In this document: in pieces, positions 28,330 to 42,147 of the stretch
Layout: the number at the start of each line of letters is the position of its first letter
Numbering within the stretch: the first letter of the stretch is position 1
Source: Octopus vulgaris
Lineage: Eukaryota
Length of the DNA stretch: 64,000 nucleotides
Assembly (NCBI GenBank): GCA_951406725.2
Contig: OX597817.1
Location: 77,314,001 to 77,378,000 of the forward strand
Direction of reading: 5' to 3'
Notes under the pieces: model-generated
Databases searched by the model: none
Seen by the model: the letters and a program-made list of their open reading frames with translations, nothing else
What the model was told of the DNA's origin: nothing
Position numbers and translations under genes: made by a program

Positions 28330-28920
28330 ATGAATGATGCAAACTCTTATTTTGTCTTACCATTAATGAAGAGGTGTTAGAATTGGATGCTAGGCACTAG
28401 CTCCAGCATTTGGCCCTCATAAGAGGAGGGATTGGTAAAAAAACCAAACTTGCTATCTTCTGCTTGGTTTTGTGCCTATCTTCACTTATGGTCATGAATA
28501 TAGTGTAACGACTGTATTTTGAATACAAGTGACCAAAATAGGGTTACTCTGAAGAATCTCTGGAGGAACATTATTTGGCAGCAAGCATATCTTGGAGATG
28601 AGGGAGTCTCCCTAGAGTGAGCTGCTACTTCTCCTTGTTGAGGAGTCACAGCTCCAGTACTACAGATATGATTAGAACATCACAGTAAACAGGTAGCTTT
28701 ATGGCTTTAAGGCTTCTTCAAGCCAAGACAATTGAGAGGAGACCTAATAGTAGACCAAGACGGTTGGATGATATCCATAGACTTAGTTGGTCATGCTTGA
28801 TAATCCACCAATAAGTTTAATGATGATTGTTCTTGAAAGGACCCTATCACAGGGGTGCCAGAGGACTCTACCCACCATGATCCTCACAGGAATAGTGGTG
28901 GAGAAGATGGATGAATGAAT
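28330..28920 (+). mobile_element. Decayed RTE-like LINE 3' fragment
   Basis: 28710-28781 translates RLLQAKTIERRPNSRPRRLDDIHR, resembling the RTE ORF2 C-terminal G.R.RGRPR.RW.D.I motif. Confidence 0.45.
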
Positions 28921-29771
28921 GGATTAATGATGAGGATGGTTAGGGGAACTAAAGACTTTCCTCAAATTATTAGATGGAGGTCTATTCTTTGTCAAATTGA
29001 GATCCACACAATAGGGATGCCTCTCATTGTTAAGAAGAGAAAGAAAAAGACAAAGAGAGGTATGAGATAATTCTGGTGTGCATTCAATCCTAATATTGGA
29101 TATTGGCAAACATGAGGACCACTACGGAACCAGACAATTTACTAGAAACAGTAACCAAACCTCTCTTAACTATTCCTTGTGGAGGAGTAGACAAAAACAG
29201 AGAGAGATGACAGATAAAATCTGGATGTATGAAATTATACTAAATATCACCATGACAGTGCCAGAACCACAACAGTGCCAGGACCATAACACCGCTCTAA
29301 GACACAAGGAATTTTACTAGGTTTGTATTTTTTGTTGCTATTATTATTACTTTACCTTGCTTAGGAATAGGTGAGGATTAGAGAAAGGACAGACACTTAG
29401 CAATAGAAAGCCCTGACACTGAACATATCCATGTCTGATCCTTACAAGCATGGAGAAGGAGCTGCTAAAATGCAGATGATGATGATGATGGAGATGATGA
29501 GGAGGAGGAGGTTAACTATAAATGAATGACTCAATCCTTCTATCCTCGTAGCTGAGTCTTCATGCTATGTTCTGTATTGTACAAAAACAAAAACAAAAAA
29601 AACAAAAAAAAACAGTGTATTTATTGTGTTGTAATATTTATATTGTTGTTTTCCTTGTATCTTTTAAAGAATGATTAAGCAATTGACATTTTGTCACTAT
29701 CATCATTACCATTCCTATGATCATTCATTGAGAAAAATGCAAACAAAAAGAAATAAGGACATGCATATCTA

Positions 29772-29804
<33 letters not shown>

Positions 29805-30027
29805 ATGAAAGAGAGAGAGAGAGAGAGATCATAGATGCACATATCAGCAAGCCTTTGCAGTGAACAGTATACTGGAAGTATGTGGTGTGTATATGTGAAT
29901 GCATGCGTATGTGTGAACACTGAAAACGTAGTTTTACTTTTCATCTATGTGAGTATACATACACGTTTGTGCGTGAAGGTGTGTGTGCATGGCACACATG
30001 CATGTGTATGTGTGAGGATATTTGGAT

Positions 30028-30060
<33 letters not shown>

Positions 30061-30075
30061 CACACACACTCATAT

Positions 30076-30118
<43 letters not shown>

Positions 30119-30519
30119 TGATATATATATGTATATGTATATATATATGTATATATGTGTATGTGTATGCATATATTTCACACAAATGTAGACAGGATAT
30201 ATTGACTGATAAATGCATTAAATCAAAGGGCTCAAAACAATACAGACATTATAAATATACATGCACACACACACACACACATATGCAAAGGTTCTCTGTC
30301 TGTATAGATTAACTTGTAAACAGACTTCTCCTCTTATGTCAACATCTTGGTTTTTCCTTTCTGTCTGTCAGCTAGGATTTTATATTTTATTTCATTTGTT
30401 TTTTGGGTTTTTTTTATATTTGTTTTTCATTTTGTTCCTTCTTGCCTTCCTTCCCCTCACCCTCTTTTCTCACCTCCCCTTCCTTGAAATGAATTTCTTA
30501 ATTTTAAGTTAAAATTCTT

Positions 30520-30578
<59 letters not shown>

Positions 30579-31594
30579 GTATGTATGTATGTATGAATGT
30601 ATATACACATAGACTGACAAACACACACACAGACTTTATTTTAAAAATTTGTTTTTTCTTATCAATTGTTTTTCTAAATTATACATTTAGTTTTTCCCTT
30701 TTTCATTTCCAGCATATTGATTTTTTCTCTCCTCCTCTCTTTCTTCATCAATCTCTGTATTCTCATCTTTCTCTCTCTTTCTCTTTTTGTCTCTTTTTTT
30801 CCTTTCTTTATTGTACTTAAGACAAATTTACAACTTTTATAAATAAATAAATAAATAATAAATGGATGAAAACAAAAGAAAAAAAGAACTAATAACAAAT
30901 TGTATTCTGATATGGAAAACAATCAGAAAAAGAAAATATCTAAGATTTAAGCTGTTTATTTTATTGTCATTTTTATTTTATAGTATTATCATCATCATCA
31001 TTGTTATTATTATTATTATTATTATTATTGTTATCACTATTGTTATCATAATTTTTCTTTTATGATTTAATGTTCACCTTCCTTTGTCAACAACAAAGAA
31101 AGGAACTGTCTGTACCAACTGTTGAATCTCTAGAATTAAAGACAAAAAAAATATCCTCCTAATGGTGAGGTGACACAAGAAAGTTCTCTTTTAACAACAA
31201 AAACAACAACAACAACACACAGACATGGCCGGTCGCTTCACATATCAAGAATATGCTCTTGCGCTTACTACGCCCACCCCACCTTGCATATCAACAACAC
31301 ATCAGCCGACCTAAAGCACTCCAGCTCGCTACAAACGTTTAAGCTTTATGATCTCTGTTGACGTATCATAGCAAACTCACATCATCATCATCATCATCAT
31401 TTAACATATGCGATGAGCAAGCCATCAGCAAGACAACACCTGCTCATGTCCCTCTTTCTTACTTCCAGATACTCAGTTCCAAGGTTTTGTCTTGCAGGTT
31501 CTTGGCGACCTCATTGGTGTTGGTGCTATGAAAAAAGCATCCAGTACATGCTATGAAGCGATTAATATTAGAAAGGGCTTACAGCTGTAGAAAC

Positions 31595-31788
31595 CAGTGG
31601 TGCATGGTGGTTGTTGTATTCAGTGTGCTGCCACACCCAATGCCACCAAATTTCAAGCAGGGGTATAACAAAAGTTTTCCATTAAGATTTGTGATTTAAT
31701 TAATGAGTAAGGTTAATATTTATAATGAATTTGCCATTTTTGATGGATATGCAGTACATACCTAGAACACCTTGAATATACGCCCCTG
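31595..31788. mobile_element. hAT-like MITE nested in a SINE
   Basis: Perfect 8-bp TSD gtagaaac (31587-94 and 31789-96). Ends are cagtggtgcat and atacgcccctg. Confidence 0.7.
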
Positions 31789-32097
31789 GTAGAAACCTCA
31801 TGCCTAAGTAGAGATTAGATTTCAGTGAAGCCCTCTGGCACATATGTTCGTGTTGAACCATTCAAACCATGCCAGTATAGAAAAAGGTACATTAAATTAT
31901 GATGATGATGATGATGATGAGAAGGAGGATGATCCATGGTCAGCATTAGTAAAAGCATCCAGCTGTAGAAACCATATCAATGCTGGTTTCTATGTTGGAA
32001 CCTAACACAGCTCTCTAGCCCATTAGATCCTGTTGGACCATCTAACGTATGCAGCATGGAAAATGGATGTCAAATAGTGATCATGGTGATGATTTAG

Positions 32098-32138
<41 letters not shown>

Positions 32139-33296
32139 AATATAGATAGATAGATAGACATACACATATGTGTGTATATATATATATGCACACGCATATA
32201 CAAGTGTATATATATCATCATAATCATCATTTAATGTCTGTTTTCCATGCTGGCATGAGTTAGTCGGTCAGGCTGGAACTAGTAAGCTGGAGAGCTGCAC
32301 CAGACTTCAGTCTGATTTAACTTAGTTTCAACAGCAGGATGCCCATATATATATAAATACACACACACACATACATATATATGTATATATATATCTTTCT
32401 AAACAAGGATGGCACAGAACAGCAATGAAAAGTATTTTATAACCCTCAGTGGTCACTGGTGACTGCTCAGCTGTTGATGGTGGCATTGGAACAATTTTAT
32501 TTGTTATGATGATGATGATGATAATTGTAGTAGTTCTTATGATGATAGTATAAGCAGCAGCAGTAGTAGTAGTAGTAGTTGTTGTTGTTGTTGTTGTTGT
32601 CGTGGCAGTGGTGGTCTTATTTCTGATTAGAATAAAATTCCATGAAATGGTTGAATGAAGAAAGTATTTTGATAACTAATTCCTGTATCAATTACAGCAT
32701 TTTTTGTTTTTGTTTTAATTCTTATTTTTCTCCTGTAGATTTGTGTTCTTTCTCGAAAGGATCTAATTCAACACAACTCAGAGATTTGTTATGCTTGTGA
32801 AAAAATTACCTGCAACCAATTAACCTTCTAGATATCTCATTGGTTTCATTTGATTTGATTTGATAGACTAGAAACTGTGCAGATAGATAAGCTTTAGACC
32901 TTTGAATTCCTGGGATTCAAAATCCATTAACATTTTAACATTGATGGCATTTCTGTATGTTTTTTCCCACAAACACACATATGCAATGGGCAGTTTCCAT
33001 CTACCAAATTTCATTCAGAAAGCATCGCATCCATCAATCATGCACTGAAGCCACATGGTTATGAAGTTAAACTCTTTAAGCTTAAAGCCTTGCTTATAGC
33101 TAATATATATATACACATAGACACATAACTATATATATATATATATATAGGAAGGGCATCCAGCCGTAGAGACTATGACAAAACAGACACGGAGCCTGAA
33201 CAGCCCTTCAGCTGGTCTGGTCAGCTCCTGTAAAGTCATCCAACTTATGCCAGCATGGAAAGCAGACATTAAATGATGATGACACATACATATATA

Positions 33297-33512
33297 AGAG
33301 GGGTGCTGAAAAGTTTCTGGCTTTAAGGGTATCAGAAAACGCCTGGCTGGAGGCCCAGCCTTCCGTGTTCTTTTACTAGGCTTACAAAAACCTGAGGGAC
33401 CACTGCAATAAGTGTGTGAACTGAGAGGGGGAAAATGTTCAATAAAATCGTAATTTACTGATCCACCTGCTTTTTTTTTAACCCAAAGCCTAAACCTTTC
33501 AGTGCCCCCGCA
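33297..33512. mobile_element. Mariner-derived MITE
   Basis: Degenerate TIRs gaggggtgctgaaaagtttctggcttt and aaagcctaaacctttcagtgccccc in a TA context. Confidence 0.65.
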
Positions 33513-33960
33513 TACATACATGTATATGTGTGTATATGGCAGTGTAGTTATGAAATTCTACCTGAAACATGTGGCTAGGATTCTTTTCAGCTTGTAGATG
33601 CTGTCAACTGATGTCCTGCCCTAAAGTTGCAGATCAACCACTACGTTTCAAGTGAAATAAATAAACAAGAAATAAAGGAACCTTGCATATGCATGAGTAA
33701 GCTCGTATTTCTTCTCATCATTGCATGTGTTTGCTGATTGTAAACAAAAGGTTTTTGTTTCTGATGGTGTCACTTGTTTCCAGTTCACCACATAACCATG
33801 CCTGCGCTCTTTGTCCTAATACAATAAGGATTTATTCCCTTGTTTGAAAACTGATGAGAGCCGATGTCAGGAAGGGCATCTGGTCATAGACGGCTCTGCC
33901 CCAATATAGTCCTGCCTAACCCTTGCAAGCATGGACAAATAGACACTAAAATGATGATGA

Positions 33961-34010
<50 letters not shown>

Positions 34011-35106
34011 ATCCAAACATGAAAACACAAAGAGAAAACACAACAACACAAGGACGTGGAACAAGTATAGTGTTATTGGATGCTCAGGATATATATATAT
34101 GTAAATATATATATATTATCGTTTAAATGTTTCAGTTGCTAGACTGTGGCCAAACTATGTCACCAAATTTTTAGTGAAATGAATTAACAGTACTTCATTG
34201 ATACTTTTTGCTGAACTGCTAAGTTACGAGAACATAAACACACCAACCTGAAACTATGTGGTTAGGAAGCAAGCTTCTTACACACACACACTCATATATG
34301 TATGTAACATTAATAACAGTACAAATGAAACAAATACATTTCATGGTACATATTTTTCAATAAGTGTCTGCAAGTTTTTGTGGCATTTTAAGTTTTATAA
34401 TTTGAAACAATATCTTTAACTGTCTGTAACACAATGTACATATGTACTTCTCTCTCAAAGTACATGTTTATATATATATATAAGTACATATTTATATATA
34501 TGTATATGTACTTATGCTTGAGTTTGTGAATGAATATTTAGTATGTCTATTTATTTAAGCCTAATGAAGAAATCCAGAAACAATTTAAAAGGTGAGAGAT
34601 CAATGAAGGTCAAAGTGCAACAATACACTATTTTTTCCATCCTCCACCAGTGCCAGACACGGCGCAAAGATGAAAATGGACTTGGAAAATTGATGGAATT
34701 TTTACTCATCACTTAACTTTCTCCCGTAAAATAAAATTTAAAACAAAAACGCAAAAATAAAGATATAAAAACAATACTGCAAAAATACTTCTATCTATCT
34801 ACATATATATATATATATATATATATATACCTAAAAATTCTAATGTTCTCCAGAAAAGAACAAAGCAGAGTGATTCACATTCTCCAAATACAGTCAATTA
34901 GAAGTACAGTGAAAATTTGTAAAAACATTCCAGGGATTCTCCCTTCCAGATTCTTAGACTGATCACATGAATACAGCTACATATACATACAGAGTATACA
35001 CACAAGCATGGACATAAACAGTAACGAAGTTCACAAGCACTTTGTGTACAGTACATAAGGTGACATACACATACACTACATGAGTGCGAGTTTGAAAAAT
35101 GTATGC

Positions 35107-35137
<31 letters not shown>

Positions 35138-35725
35138 CATACAGATCTATCTATCTATCTACCTACCTATCTATACATACGTATAGACATACATAGATAT
35201 ATATGAGTAAATATTTGAATGAATATTCAATAATATATTATTATCATTAGCAGTAAATATATAAATAATAAACAATAATAATAACAACAATAATATTAGT
35301 GGCCAGCAAGCAATAATGCCGTTAATTGGCTAACCAATAAAATTTTCTAATTAATAAATAATTAGAATAGAGGGTACATGAAGTACCAGCTTGCTAGAAA
35401 TAAGAGCTAAAATACTCAAACAAGCGACCAAACTCACTGAAAAACCTGTTAGGCGCAGGAGTGGCTATGAGGTAAGTAGCAAGTGTTTTGGACAAGTGTC
35501 TTCTGATATAGCCTTGGACCGACCACAGCCTTATGAGTGGATTTGGTAGTTGGAAACTGAAAGAAGCCTGCCATTTATATATGTTTGTTCCCCCACTCCC
35601 GCTTGATAATGGATGTTAATATCTTAGTATCTGTGCAAGTGGCATCAAGACTGTCTAGATTGTATTGACATTGAGTCATATCAGTAGTAATAATAAAGTC
35701 AAGCAAAACTGAAATTTTAAAGTCA

Positions 35726-35800
35726 TTTAATACGTATGTTTCAGATTTGTATGATATATAACACAGAATGCATCCGTTATGTAAACCGTCCTCAGTTAAA
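35726..35800 (-). ncRNA. Type I hammerhead ribozyme, intact core nucleotides
   Basis: Minus strand reads tttaa-CTGAGGA-cggttt...aaatct-GAAA-catacg-T-A-ttaaa. Helix I is tttaa/ttaaa. Helix III ACATACGT is one change from a palindrome. Triplet is GUA. Confidence 0.6.
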
Positions 35801-35847
35801 GCATTACAAAAATATTTTATATATAACGGTCATTTTTCATAGTGTTT

Positions 35848-35932
35848 TTCCGATGGCCAGATAACTGAAGAGATGGTGGCGTGGATTTCTACCTCGGCAT
35901 CCAAAACTCAGAGTTTTATCTTGGCTACCGAA
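35848..35932 (+). ncRNA. Type I hammerhead ribozyme, G12>A
   Basis: tggccagataa-CTGAAGA(35865-71)-gatg...catc-c-aAAA-ctcagag-T-T-ttatcttggcta. Helix I is extended, helix III is ACTC-a-GAGT, and 35903 is A where G12 is expected. Confidence 0.65.
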
Positions 35933-36020
35933 TAATTGTTACATATTACATTTACAGATATATATATTAGTATTTACATATAAGTATAGATATGAATATA
36001 TGAAAATATATATATATATA

Positions 36021-36060
<40 letters not shown>

Positions 36061-37194
36061 GTGCGTGTGTGTGTGCACACGTGCGTGAGTGCATGTGTAT
36101 TTTCCTTCTCTCTTTTTCTTCTAAACATATATGCTGAAGAACACTATTCACCTCTTTAAGCATCGAATAAATAATCTTGATTGTGAGCCTATCCCATCTT
36201 AATAGTTTTTTCACGCTGTCTCTCTATCAATATATAATTATAAATACACACACACACACATATGTATTGTATATTAGGACTAAATTTGCTTTACTCTTTC
36301 GCTTAAACATGCATTATTGGTTAAATTCTCTTTTACTGCAAGATAGAGAAGAAAAAAAATAATGCGCTGTATTCAACAAGAAGCAGGACAAGTGTGTATG
36401 TGTATGTGTTTGTGCATATGCATGTATATGTGTGTGTGTGTGTGTGCATACTAGTGTTTGCATATGTATATGGTGGTGGTAGCGACAGGAGTGATGAAGG
36501 TGAGGAAGTAGGATAGAATGAGAAAAATAATGCAAGTAGCTATAGCAATGAGTGCAAATTGCTGTATACATCGGTGATGCCAAGTGCAATTCATAGAAAA
36601 TATAGAAATACCCACAACATATACTGTGCACTGACCATGCAATAAGCAATAGCAGAATGAGCAAGTGATGCAGTAAAGCAATGCACCAACAGCAACAGTG
36701 GCTGCAGCATTGAGCCATGTGTCTGTATAGTAATGTTGTTTATTATAATATGGGTAGGGGCAGGCAAGTGTTATTTCTTTTTCTGTTTTTTATTTTAATT
36801 CTGGTTTATGCTATTTTTTTTGTTTTTTGTTTTTGTTGAGATCAAGTCTGAATGCTTTCAAAAATATAAATTGAATAAAGGAAGGAAAGAAAGGGAACAG
36901 ACTATAGGGCAAATTTAAAAAAGTGAACCTTATTTTATGCTAGAGAAAAAAATGATACTTCGAGAATGTTTTTGGTTGGAGCAGTGGTAGTGTTGGTGGT
37001 GGTGGTGGTGGTGGTAGTGGTGGTTATGGTGGTGGGTGGTAATGATTTTGGAATGATGACAGATGAAAACAAAATAATTATATAATTTAACACATTTCAT
37101 TTAAAAAAAATCTAACCAAAATTGATCCTAAAATACTGAGAGAATAAAAAAGATAATCAACCTATATATGTATGTGTGTGTGTGTGCATGTGTG

Positions 37195-37233
<39 letters not shown>

Positions 37234-37871
37234 TTTTTCTACACCAAGATGCCCTTCATGATACCAACTGCAGCTGCTCCCAAGCAAAGTAATACATCCT
37301 CATGGATGGACATGATTTCAGAGACATTGCTCATATGAGAATGACACTTATATACAATTATCATTCACTGTTAAGACAAGGACACACAAATGTAGACATA
37401 TGAAAAGCATATCATACACACACACACACACACAAACATATATATGAGTAAGTGGACAAACGAAAGAAGGGCACTCAATGCATTTATTGGAAGTTACGTG
37501 CATGTGTGTATACACACACACACATGCGACACAATGGGTTTCTATCAACCACTTGAAACAAGCAAGTGCCTTGCTTGTTTCAAGTACGTAGTCATTTAAT
37601 TCATACATTATCGAAGACACAAACTGAAAGGATGATTTATACACACATACATACCTATATCTATCTATCTATATAATTTTAAAATAGGATAAAATCTTTA
37701 TAAGAAATTATCAAGTAGTTAGCATGAAAAACCTCATAAGGGAAAAATTTATTAATAAAATATCTTTATAAATAAGGATAATATCAATATTTAAATATTG
37801 ATATTATCAAGTGGCCAGCATGGGAATAAATACCATACAAAGGTAATAATTTTTCGCAATTATAAAAAAGC

Positions 37872-38002
37872 GTATCTGAGAGACACCACTATGCCGAAAT
37901 AGCAGTCAAACCCTGACTCTAAAAACCACCTAAAACCATTTTAGGTGGTTTTTAGGATCAGGGTTTGACTGCTATTTTGGCATGGTAGTGTCTCTCAGAT
38001 AC
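37872..38002. repeat. Long near-perfect inverted repeat
   Basis: gtatctgagagacac...ccacctaaaa cca ttttaggtgg...gtgtctctcagatac. Confidence 0.92.
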
Positions 38003-38742
38003 CCTTATTTATAGTTAATAAAATATCTATATGTATATATATATAGATATATTTGAGGTGTATTCCATTAAAAATGCATTAGAGTACAAAATAGAGCTCA
38101 TTCACCCTTAGAATTACCAGATAGCCAGCACTATTATGGTACTCTACCAATTCTATATCTATATCTAGGCTTTCAATAAAGGTGGAGGGTCTGATAAAAC
38201 AAGTTGCTTTTCTTTTTTCTGTTTTTAAACTTTTATCCAGCTCTGTGCAGCACCTGCTCATTCTGTCATTGCAACTTTATTTGAATAATTCCTGTATCTG
38301 ATAGCTGAGGCCAATCACTGTTAGTCAAGGTCTGAAAAGTTTCGCATTCTACCAGAAGAGGGTTAGTGATCAGAAGTGGAATTTGAATTTGAAATGGGAA
38401 CAGCCTGAATAGTTGTGTGAGGAGTAATTTGTCTGAGAGGAGAGATAAAAACAAGAGAGGGAGGGAAAAACACGGGAGGGGAGAGAGAGAAAAAGAGAGA
38501 GAGAGAAGAACAATGGGTGAGAGTGGAGGGAGAGGGAGTAGCTAATTTCTTGATAAATACTAACAAATACTTATAAATACTTAGAATCCACTTAATACTT
38601 TTTGAAAACTATCAAAAATTTTCCAAAACAGCTCACCATTTCATCCCACAAATAAACATACATGTACGCACAACCACACACAAAAGCACAAAGTTGTTTA
38701 TACATGTATATAAATAACATATACAAACATATATACATATAT

Positions 38743-38790
<48 letters not shown>

Positions 38791-38873
38791 TAAAGATGGT
38801 TATGGCTGGTCTATAGGGTTACCCAAGGTTTCACATCCATAAAGCACTTCGCTTTATAGCATCCCTTCAGAAC

Positions 38874-38904
<31 letters not shown>

Positions 38905-39622
38905 GAGAGTGTGTGTGTGAGAGAGAGAGAGAGAAGGGAGAGTGAAAAACAGTGATAGATAGATAGATATACCGAGTTACGTAATGATTATCAAAAGGTC
39001 AAAAGGATAGACAGCTGTAGAATTTTACTCAATTTTCAAAGAAATTCATTTCCACTGAAATACATGGACAAGTGTGTGTATGAGTGTGTGTGTGTAGCGG
39101 GGGTGGGGGTAGATAGCGGAAACTTTGATCAAGTGCAGGCATGCTAAGCAACCACCCACGTAACGCTGAAACTAATCCTCTTTATTAACAGGAATGTGTC
39201 TAAGTACCAATGACTGCATTCTTGTGTTAATTTCCAGGAACTCTTCCCCCTTGCAAATATGTTTTACTTCTAAGTAGAGCAACAACAACAACAAATACAA
39301 AACAAAGGGTAAGCACTAAATATATAGGACTTACATTGATTTTTAAAATTTTTTAATATTTTTAATGTTCTATGAAGAGAATAAGATGAAGAGGAACAGG
39401 TACTTAGGAAGTGATGTTTGAGGTGTTGGTTTGTTAGTGTTTGTGTTGTTGTTGTAGTTTTATTGAAAGATTTGTCTTGTCATTTTTTATGGGTTTTTGT
39501 TTTTTTCATTTTATAAGTTTGCAAATAAATTTGAAATTTTATTACAATATAATTAATGTTGACAAAATAATTATTTCATTAAAATAAAAGGCCAATTGTA
39601 ATCTAAGCAATTGGTGGAAGGA

Positions 39623-39653
<31 letters not shown>

Positions 39654-39887
39654 CAAAGACTTCAATGATGATGATGACTCGGATGACTATTAGTACGATG
39701 ATAATGCTGAAAACGATGTTTGATAGCTGCTGTTCTCGTTAAGCTGGTGTTTGCAATAATTTAACATGAAATTTTGCTTGAAGGTTTTAACTTAGATCAT
39801 GTTTAAACAATAAGCTAGCATCATAGATCCAAAGTAGTTTTTGGTAAGTTGGTATCAGAAGGGTTAAATAATTTATTGGTATATATA

Positions 39888-40063
39888 GGCGCAGGAGTGG
39901 CTGTGTGGTAAATAGCTTGTTTACCACCCACATGGTTCCGGGTTCAGTCCCACTGCATGGCACCTTGGGCAAGTGTCTTCTACTATAGCCTCGGGCTGAC
40001 TAAAGCCTTGTGAGTGGATTTGGTAGACGGAAACTGAAAGAAGCCCGTTGTATATATGTGGCG

Positions 40064-40095
<32 letters not shown>

Positions 40096-40317
40096 TTGTG
40101 TGTATGTTTGTGTGACTGTGTTTGTTCCCCCCAACATTGCTTGACAACCGATGCTGGTGTGTTGACGTCCCCATAACTTAGTGGTTCGGCAAAAGAGACC
40201 GATAGAATAAGTACTAGGCTTACAAAGAATAAGTCCTGGGTCGATTTGCTCGACCAAAGGCGGTGCTCCAGCATGGCCACAGTCACATGATTGAAACAAA
40301 TAAAAGAGTAAAAGAGT
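39888..40317 (+). mobile_element. SINE family A, full length with TSD
   Basis: Flanked by duplicated taatttattggtatat (39869-84 and 40317-32). Confidence 0.92.
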
Positions 40318-40933
40318 AATTTATTGGTATATTTATGCCAATAGAATTACACCTTCATATGGCCTGCTTGAAATAGCAGCTAAATCTCCATCAAATCACA
40401 GCTTGTTATTTTTTATACATGGGTGACTACATCAGATAATGTAGTCATAAATCATTAATCAACTTAATCAGGGCTGACATGGGCATAAAATCAATATGTA
40501 ATATTTCAACATATTCAAACCAATCAGATTACAGCATAACTTAAACTGCTAGAAACAGCAGCGAAAGTTCCCTGGAATTATCCGACAATATTAAAATGTA
40601 GAAAATTGTATTAGATAACTAAGTCGTAAAAACCCCTAATAAATTCACCTTTGATCATAAGTCCACTTGATCAGGATTACTCTAAAGCTAAACAGGAATA
40701 ACAATGGTGAGAACAACTTCAGCATACTGAAAATATAGCATAACAGCTAGACATAGATACAGCTATGTGGTAAGAAGCCTGCTTCCCAACCACATGGTTC
40801 TGGGTTCAGTCCCACAGTGTGACAACTTAAGGAAGTGTCTTCCACTATAGCCTCAGGCTAACCAAAGTCTTGTGGGTGGATTTGGTGGACAGAAACTGAA
40901 AGAAGCCCCTTGTAAATATACATACATATATAC

Positions 40934-40987
<54 letters not shown>

Positions 40988-41726
40988 ATTTACAAACTAA
41001 ATTTCTTCAAGGCGGTGCCCTAGCATGGCCACAGCCTAATGACTGAATCAAGTAAAATATAAAACAAATTATTTCAGGTAACCTAGTGGATGAAGAAGGG
41101 AGCAAGGGCTCTCTGAAAGATAACTGGACAAATAGCCGGATAAATAGACCTGAGGTTATTTGTCTCTCATTTATTAAACATAACTAAGTCTGAAATTGAG
41201 TGAGATATTCAAGACTTTTTTTTGATAAGAAATGGAGAAACACACATACACACACAGATATATGGATGTATGTGAGTGCATACCTGTGTGTTTATATTTC
41301 TTTTTATGGGTCAGTGAAATTGGAATGGGAAAAAAAAATAGGTAACATTCACTCTTGTTATAGGCTACAGCAATGGCTCATTTAAAAATAGGAACCAGCT
41401 GCAAAGAAAGCACACGCATGTACACACACATATACATGCACCTGTTTACGTAAGAAATTGAACATATGATACTAAATGGAATTCAACAAGCCCCAGATTA
41501 TTTTGTTTTGCTCTTACACTGCAACCAAAATTACCAATATCACAGAACTTGCAGCCTTTTATAGAATATAGCAACAGACCAGATAACACACAATTTTTTG
41601 GCATCTCCTTCTACATCTTGGATAACTGGGGTGCTGTCAAATAAACTGGATCAACTATCTTCATGCCACAGATCACATAAACAAACGGTGACCGGAATAC
41701 ACACTTGGCAATCCGACAGATAATAA

Positions 41727-41761
<35 letters not shown>

Positions 41762-42017
41762 TTCTTTTATTTGTTTCAGTCATTTGACTGTAGCCATCCT
41801 GGAGCACTGCCTTAAAAGGTCTTAGTCAAAGAAATCGATCCCAGGACTTATTCTTTGTAGGCCTAGTACTTAATTTTATCTGTCTCCTTTGCTAAACTGC
41901 TAAGTTACATGGACATAAACACACCAGCATCGGTTGTCAAGTAATAGTAGTGGGATAAACACAGACACACACACAAATATAGACATATGTGAATCGTTTG
42001 TGCTTCCAGTACAAAGG

Positions 42018-42067
<50 letters not shown>

Positions 42068-42147
42068 CAGGGTAGTGGATTATTATTATTATTGTCATCA
42101 GGGTAGTGGATATTATTATTATTATTATTATTTATTTATTTTTGTTT

